A stretch of DNA of 64,000 nt from Thermoanaerobaculia bacterium (GTDB lineage Bacteria; Acidobacteriota; Thermoanaerobaculia; UBA5066). Both the position numbers and the translations under genes were made by a program. Below are positions 58,628 through 64,000 of the stretch, piece after piece. Location of the stretch: NCBI GenBank assembly GCA_963816185.1, contig CAWFJJ010000025.1, forward strand, positions 192,001 through 256,000, in the 5' to 3' direction. The notes under the pieces were generated by a model. That model ran no database searches. It worked only from the letters and a program-made list of their open reading frames with translations, and had not been told where the DNA came from. Position 1 is the first letter of the stretch. Each line of letters opens with the position of its first letter.

Positions 58628-60719
58628 ATGAGCTCGGCGGACTACTCGACGCACGGCGCGGTGGCGGTTTTGACCCTGAACAATCCTCCGGTGAACGGCC
58701 TCGGCCACGAGCTGCGCGGGGCGATCGTGGCCGGGCTCGACCGGGCTCTCGCGGATCCCGCCGTGAAAGCCATCGTCCTCATCGGCGCCGGCAAGGCCTT
58801 CTCCGGCGGCGCGGACATCGCGAGTTCAACTCTTCCAAGGCGCTGCGCCGAGCCGAACCTGGGCTCGGTCATCCGCGCCGTGGAGCGGAGCCCGAAGCCC
58901 GTGGTCGCGGCGATCCACGACGGTGGCATGGGCGGCGGTCTGGAGCTGGCGCTGGGGTGCCACTACCGGGTGGCGACGCCGGGCGCGCAGATCGCGTTTC
59001 CCGAGGTGAAGCTCGGCCTCCTGCCGGGCGCCGGCGGAACGCAGCGCCTTCCGCGCGTCGTGGGTCTCGAGACGGCGCTCAGCATGATCGTCTCCGGGAC
59101 CCGGTGCCGTCGGAGAAGCGCTGAAGACACGACCTGTTCGACGCGATCATCGAAGGCGACCTGCTGGAGGGCGCGATCGCGTTCGCCGACGAGGTGGCCG
59201 ACGTGCGGCCTCTGCAGCTCGTGCGCGAACGTCCCGATCACCGACCCGAACGCACAGGCCTTCTTCGCCTTGGCGCGCACCACGGTGAAGGCGGTGCGCG
59301 AAGGGGTACCCGGCGCCGGCAAAGTGCGTGGAGGCGGTGGAGGCGCGGCCACGAAGCCGTTCGAGGAGGGGCTCGGCCTGGGAGCGCGAGTCTTCCTGGA
59401 GCTGGTCCAGACGACCGAGTCGAAGGCGCTCCGCCACGTCTTCTTCGCCGAGCGCGCCGCCGCCAAGATCCCCGACGTCCCGGAGGGCACGCCCACGCGG
59501 CCGATCGAGTCGGCGGCCATCATCGGCGCCGGGACCATGGGCGGCGGCATCGCCATGACCTTCGCCAACGCCGGCATCCCGGTGACGGTGCTCGAGGTGA
59601 AGCAGGAGGCGCTCGACAAGGGGCTCGCGGTCATCCGCAAGAACTACGAGGGCTCGGTCGAAGAAGGGGAAGCTGACGCCGGCCGCAGGTCGAGGAGCGC
59701 ATGGCGCTGCTCCAGCCCCACGCTCGACTACGCGGCGCTCGGGCAGGCCGACCTCGTCATCGAGGCGGTGTTCGAGGACATGGGCGTCAAGAAGAAGGTC
59801 TTCCGCAAGCTCGACGAGGTGATGAAGCCGGGCGCCATCCTCGCCACCAACACCTCGACGCTCGACATCGACCGGATCGCCTCGTTCACCCGGCGGCCCG
59901 CAGGACGTGATCGGGACTGCACTTCTTCAGCCCGGCGAACATGATGAGGCTGCTGGAGATCGTGCGCGGGCGCGAGACGGCGCGGACGTGCTGGCGACGG
60001 CGATGGCGCCTCGGCGAAGAAGCTCAAGAAGACCGGCGTGGTGTCCGGCGTCTGCGACGGCTTCATCGGGAACCGGATGCTCGACGGCTACTGCGCAGGC
60101 GGAGTTCCTGCTCGAGGAGGGGGCGCTGCCCCAGCAGGTGGACGGGGCGCTCGAGAAGTTCGGCATGGCCATGGGGCCGTTCCGCGTGGCCGACCTGGCC
60201 GGCGTCGACATCGGCTGGGCCATCCGCAAGCGCCACTACGCCGAGCACCCCGACGAGCCGCGCCAGGTCATCGCCGACGACGTCTGCGAGCTGGGCCGCT
60301 TCGGCCAGAAGACCGGCGCGGGCTGGTACCGGTACGAGGCCGGCAAGCGCGACGCCATCCCCGATCCGGAGGTCGAGGCGATCGTCTGGCCGGCTCGAAG
60401 GAGCGCGGCATCGCCCGGCGCAAGATCCCGAGCGAGGAGATCGTCGAGCGCTGCATCTACGCGCTCGTGAACGAGGGCGCGCGGATCCTCGAGGAGGGCA
60501 TCGCCCTGCGCGCCTCCGACATCGACGTGGTCTACATCACCGGCTACGGCTTCCCGGCCTTCCGCGGCGGCCCGATGCGCTATGCCGACAAGGTGGGCCT
60601 CTTCGACGTGGTCCGCTCCATGGACCGGTTCGCGCGCGCTCCCGCACGGCGACCGCGCGTTCTGGAAGCCGGCCGCGCTGCTCGCGCGGCTCGCCGCCGA
60701 GGGCAAGTCCTTCACCTGA
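58628..60719 (+). CDS. Bifunctional enoyl-CoA hydratase/3-hydroxyacyl-CoA dehydrogenase (multiple indels)
   Basis: NPPVNGL, GGGLELAL, PEVKLGLLPGAGGTQRLPR, GAGTMGGGI, IEAVFE, ATNTS, DGFIGNRML, GRFGQKTGAG. Confidence 0.88.
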
Positions 60720-60734
60720 GCCACGGAGAACGCC

Positions 60735-61904
60735 ATGGCCGACACCGTCATCGTCTCGACCGCCCGCACCGGCCTCGCCAAGTCCTAGCGCGGCGCCTTC
60801 AACATGACCCATGGCGCGACGCTGGGCGGCCATGTGGTCAAGGCGGCGGTCGAGCGCGCCGGCGTCGACCCGGCCGAGGTCGAGGACGTGATCCTCGGCT
60901 GCGCCATGCCCGAGGGCGCGACGGGCTGCAACATCGCGCGCCAGATCGCGCTGCGCGCCGGGCTGCCGGTGACCACCAGCGGCGACCACCGTCGACCGGT
61001 ACTGCTCCTCGGGGCTCCAGGCCATCGCGATCGCCGCGCATCGGGTCATCGTCGGACAAGGTGCCGGTGCTGGTGGCCGGCGGGGTCGAGTCGATCTCCT
61101 GCGTGCAGAACGAGCTGAACGGCACATGTTCCAGAGACTGGCTGACCGAGCACAAGCCCGCGATCTAGATGAGCATGCTCGAGACGGCCGAGACCGTGGC
61201 CAAGCGCTACGGCATCGCGCGCGAGCGGCAGGACGAGTACGGGGCCGGAGCCAGCAGCGCGCCGCCGCGGCCCGGCCGCCGGCAAGTTCGACGAGGAGAT
61301 CGTGCCGATGCGACGGTCGAAGGGCGTCGCCGACAAGGCCCGGGCGCCAAGTCACGAAGGAGGTGACCCTCACCGGCGACGAAGGCATCCGCGCCGACAC
61401 CACCTCGAGGGCTCGCGAGCTCAAGCCGGTGATGGGCGGCATCATCACCGCCGGCAACGCCAGCCAGTTCTCCGACGGCGCCTCGGCCTGCGTGGTGATG
61501 GACGCGCAAGCTGGCCGAGAAGCGCGGCCTGAAGCCGCTCGGCATCTTCCGCGGCTTCGCCGTGGCCGGCTGCGAGCCGGACGAGATGGGCATCGGCCCG
61601 GTCTTCGCCGTGCCCAAGCTCCTCGAGCGCGACCGGCTCAAGGTCGAGGACATCGGGCTGTGGGAGCTGAACGAGGCCTTCGCCGTGCAGGTGCATCTAT
61701 TGCCGCGACAGGCTGGGCATCCCGGACGAGCGGCTCAACGTCAACGGCGGCGCGATCGCCGTCGGCCATCCCTATGGCATGACGGGCTCGCGCCTCGTCG
61801 GCCACGCCCTGATCGAGGGCAAGCGCCGCGGCGCGAAGTACGTCGTCGTCACCATGTGCATCGGCGGCGGCATGGGGGCCGCGGGGCTGTTCGAGGTGGC
61901 GTGA
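60735..61904 (+). CDS. Acetyl-CoA C-acyltransferase (thiolase); indels and two TAGs, likely errors
   Basis: [55 protein letters not shown]. Confidence 0.83.
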
Positions 61905-61934
61905 CGACGCCGGGCCGACTTGGCCTAGATCGCG

Positions 61935-63138
61935 GTGCTCGACGCCTATATCTACGACGGCCTCCGTTCCCCTTTCGGGCGCCACGCCGGCTCTCTCGCC
62001 GCCGTTCGCCCCGACGATCTCGCGGCCGAGGTGATGCGGGCTCTGATCGCACGCTCGCCCTGGAAAGCGGCGGACGTGGAAGACATCTATCTGGGCTGCG
62101 CCAACCAGGCGGGGGAGGACTCGCGCAACGTGGCACGGCACGCGGGCCTGCGGCGGGCTTTCCGGCGGCGGTCCCGGCGCAGACCGTGAACCGGCTCTGT
62201 GCGAGCGGCCTTGCCGCGGTGATCGACGCCGCCCGCGCGATCACCTGCGGCGAGGGAGAGCTGTACATCGCGGGCGGCGTGGAAAGCATGAGCCGGGCGC
62301 CCTTCGCCGTGGCGAAGGCCGAGGCGCCCTACTCCCGCGAGCTGCGCGTCTATGACACGGCGCTGGGCGCCCGGTTCCCCAATCCGAGGATCATGAAGTC
62401 CTATGGCTCGGATTCCATGGCCCAGACGGGCGACAACGTCGCCAGGGACCACGGCATCTCGAGAAGCCAGGCCGACGAGTTCGCCGCGCAGTCGCAGGAG
62501 AAGTACGAGAAGGCGCGCGCCGCGGGGTTCTTCGCGGGCGAGATCCACCCATCGACGTTCCGACGGGCAAGAAAACGCCGCCCAAAACCGTGAGCGGCGG
62601 ACGAGCATCCCCGGCCCGGGTCGACGGTGGAAGCTCTCTCGAAGCTCCGGCCTCTGTTCGAAGGCGGCGTGGTCACGGCCGGCAACGCCTCCGGCATCAA
62701 CGACGGCGCCGCGGCGCTGCTCGTCGGGAGCCGGGCCGCAGGCGAGCGCGTCGGAGCGAGACCGTTGGCGCAGATTGTGGCCGCGGGCGCCGCGGGCGTG
62801 GAGCCTCGCGTCATGGGCCTCGGCCCCGTGTACGCGATCCCGAAGGCGCTCGCCCGCGCGGGGCTCACGCTCGACGAGATGGACTTGATCGAGATCAACG
62901 AGGCCTTCGCCAGCCAGGTGCTGGGCTGCCTCAAGCTCCTCGGGATCAGCTTCGACGATTCTCGTGTCAATCCCAACGGAGGAGCCATCGCGGTGGGCCA
63001 TCCCGCTGGGGGCCTCCGGCGCCCGGCTGGCCCTCACGGCCGCCCGCGAGCTCCAGCGCAGGAACGGCCGCCACGCCGTCGTCAGCCTGTGCATCGGCGT
63101 GGGCCAGGGACTCGCGATGATCATCGAGCGCACCGTAG
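61935..63138 (+). CDS. Second thiolase, PcaF/PaaJ-like (indels; 3' end uncertain)
   Basis: [61 protein letters not shown]. Confidence 0.83.
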
Positions 63139-63297
63139 GGGCTGAGGTAGACCGGGTCTTAGTGAAGCGGGCAACGCCAACGCCGCTTCGTGCGACAGAC
63201 AGACGGCTCTGACGCCTGCCTCGCTGCTCCTTGATCTGATGCACCTTGCTCACAGGAGGAAATCCGTGAAAGCCCCATGCTTCAGCGGGAGGGGTGC

Positions 63298-64000
63298 ATG
63301 CCTCAATACCGGATCGCGTGGCTTCCCGGCGACGGGGTCGGGCGGGAAGTCATGGATGCGACGCGCCTGGTCCTCGATGCCGTCCGTCTCGACGCCGTCT
63401 ACGAGCCGGGCGACATCGGCTGGGAGTTCTGGCGACGCGAAGGGGACGCGTTCCCGCCCCGGACGGTCGATCTCCTGAAACACGTCCACGCGGCTCTCTT
63501 CGGCGCGGTCACGTCGAAGCCGACAGCCGCCGCGGAAAGAGAGCTCGTCCCGGAGCTGCAGGGCCGGGGTCTCTCCTACCGCTCGCCGGTCGTGCGCATG
63601 CGGCAGCTCTTCGACCTGTACGTCTGTCTGAGGCCCTGCAAGGCGTATCCCGGAAACCCGCTCAATTTCAGGGAAGGGCTCGACCTCGTCATCTTCCGCG
63701 AGAACACGGAGGATCTTTATTCGGGAGTCGAGTTCTCGCCGGTTCCGGCCGCGCTCTCGGCGATCCTCGCGAAGCTCACTCCCGCCTTCTCCCCGTTCCA
63801 GCTCCTGCCCGCGGACGCATTCGCCGTCTCCTGCAAGATCAACACGCGCAAGGGCTCCGCGCGGATCGCGCGCGCGGCCTTCGAGTTCGCGAAGGCGAAC
63901 GGGCGGAAGAAGGTGACGATCGTCCACAAGGCGAACGTCGTCCGGGCATCGGACGGGCTCTTCCTCGAAGAGGCTCGCAAGGTCGCCGCGGACTACCCCG
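63298..64000 (+). CDS. Isocitrate/isopropylmalate/homoisocitrate dehydrogenase family (partial; indel near 63342)
   Basis: MPQYRIAWLPGDGVG..ALFGAVTSKP..MRQLFDLYVCLRP..FRENTEDLY..VHKANVVRASDGLF. Confidence 0.85.
   Translation, partial: MPQYRIAWLPGDGVGREVMDATRLVLDAVRLDAVYEPGDIGWEFWRREGDAFPPRTVDLLKHVHAALFGAVTSKPTAAAERELVPELQGRGLSYRSPVVRMRQLFDLYVCLRPCKAYPGNPLNFREGLDLVIFRENTEDLYSGVEFSPVPAALSAILAKLTPAFSPFQLLPADAFAVSCKINTRKGSARIARAAFEFAKANGRKKVTIVHKANVVRASDGLFLEEARKVAADYP

Noticed and set aside
60780-61175. In-frame TAG codons in the thiolase as possible recoding or pyrrolysine
   Set aside because: They sit in the most error-dense region, at positions where Trp or Tyr would be expected (one-base changes). 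TAG is a normal stop elsewhere in the window and no pyl genes are present.

Overview
High-GC bacterial chromosome segment. Gene content and style suggest Acidobacteriota, possibly Thermoanaerobaculia (inference). It looks like a long-read assembly: indels are sporadic before about 46 kb and dense from about 50 kb to the end. Positions 1-44.4 kb are mostly core and accessory genes: PQQ-type dehydrogenase, serpin, Lhr helicase, DinB proteins, carbonic anhydrase, Ser/Thr kinase, acnA, class V aminotransferase, ABC exporter, FG-GAP surface protein, PIN/Phd toxin-antitoxin pair, fused 2-oxoacid dehydrogenase E1, S1-domain protein, hybrid histidine kinase, cobalamin riboswitch with btuB, and tRNA-Ala(GGC). 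A decayed accessory region follows the tRNA (recombinase remnant, prolyl oligopeptidase, kinase/ECF sigma, IS3 with broken flanks), then an IclR-associated beta-oxidation cluster. The best candidate for an uncharacterised system is a tightly coupled seven-gene operon at 9266-16396 (-). It encodes a Zn-ribbon/DUF4178 membrane protein, a 55-aa membrane peptide ending in GGK that the ORF track missed, DUF350, a 7-TM aminopropyltransferase whose catalytic domain is predicted to face outward, a Tat-lipoprotein flavin oxidase, a 4-His membrane protein and SAM decarboxylase. I propose it as an extracytoplasmic aminopropylation/oxidation system. Second is a palindromic repeat family with an invariant 19-bp core: one copy sits in frame inside lhr and one lies directly upstream of that operon.
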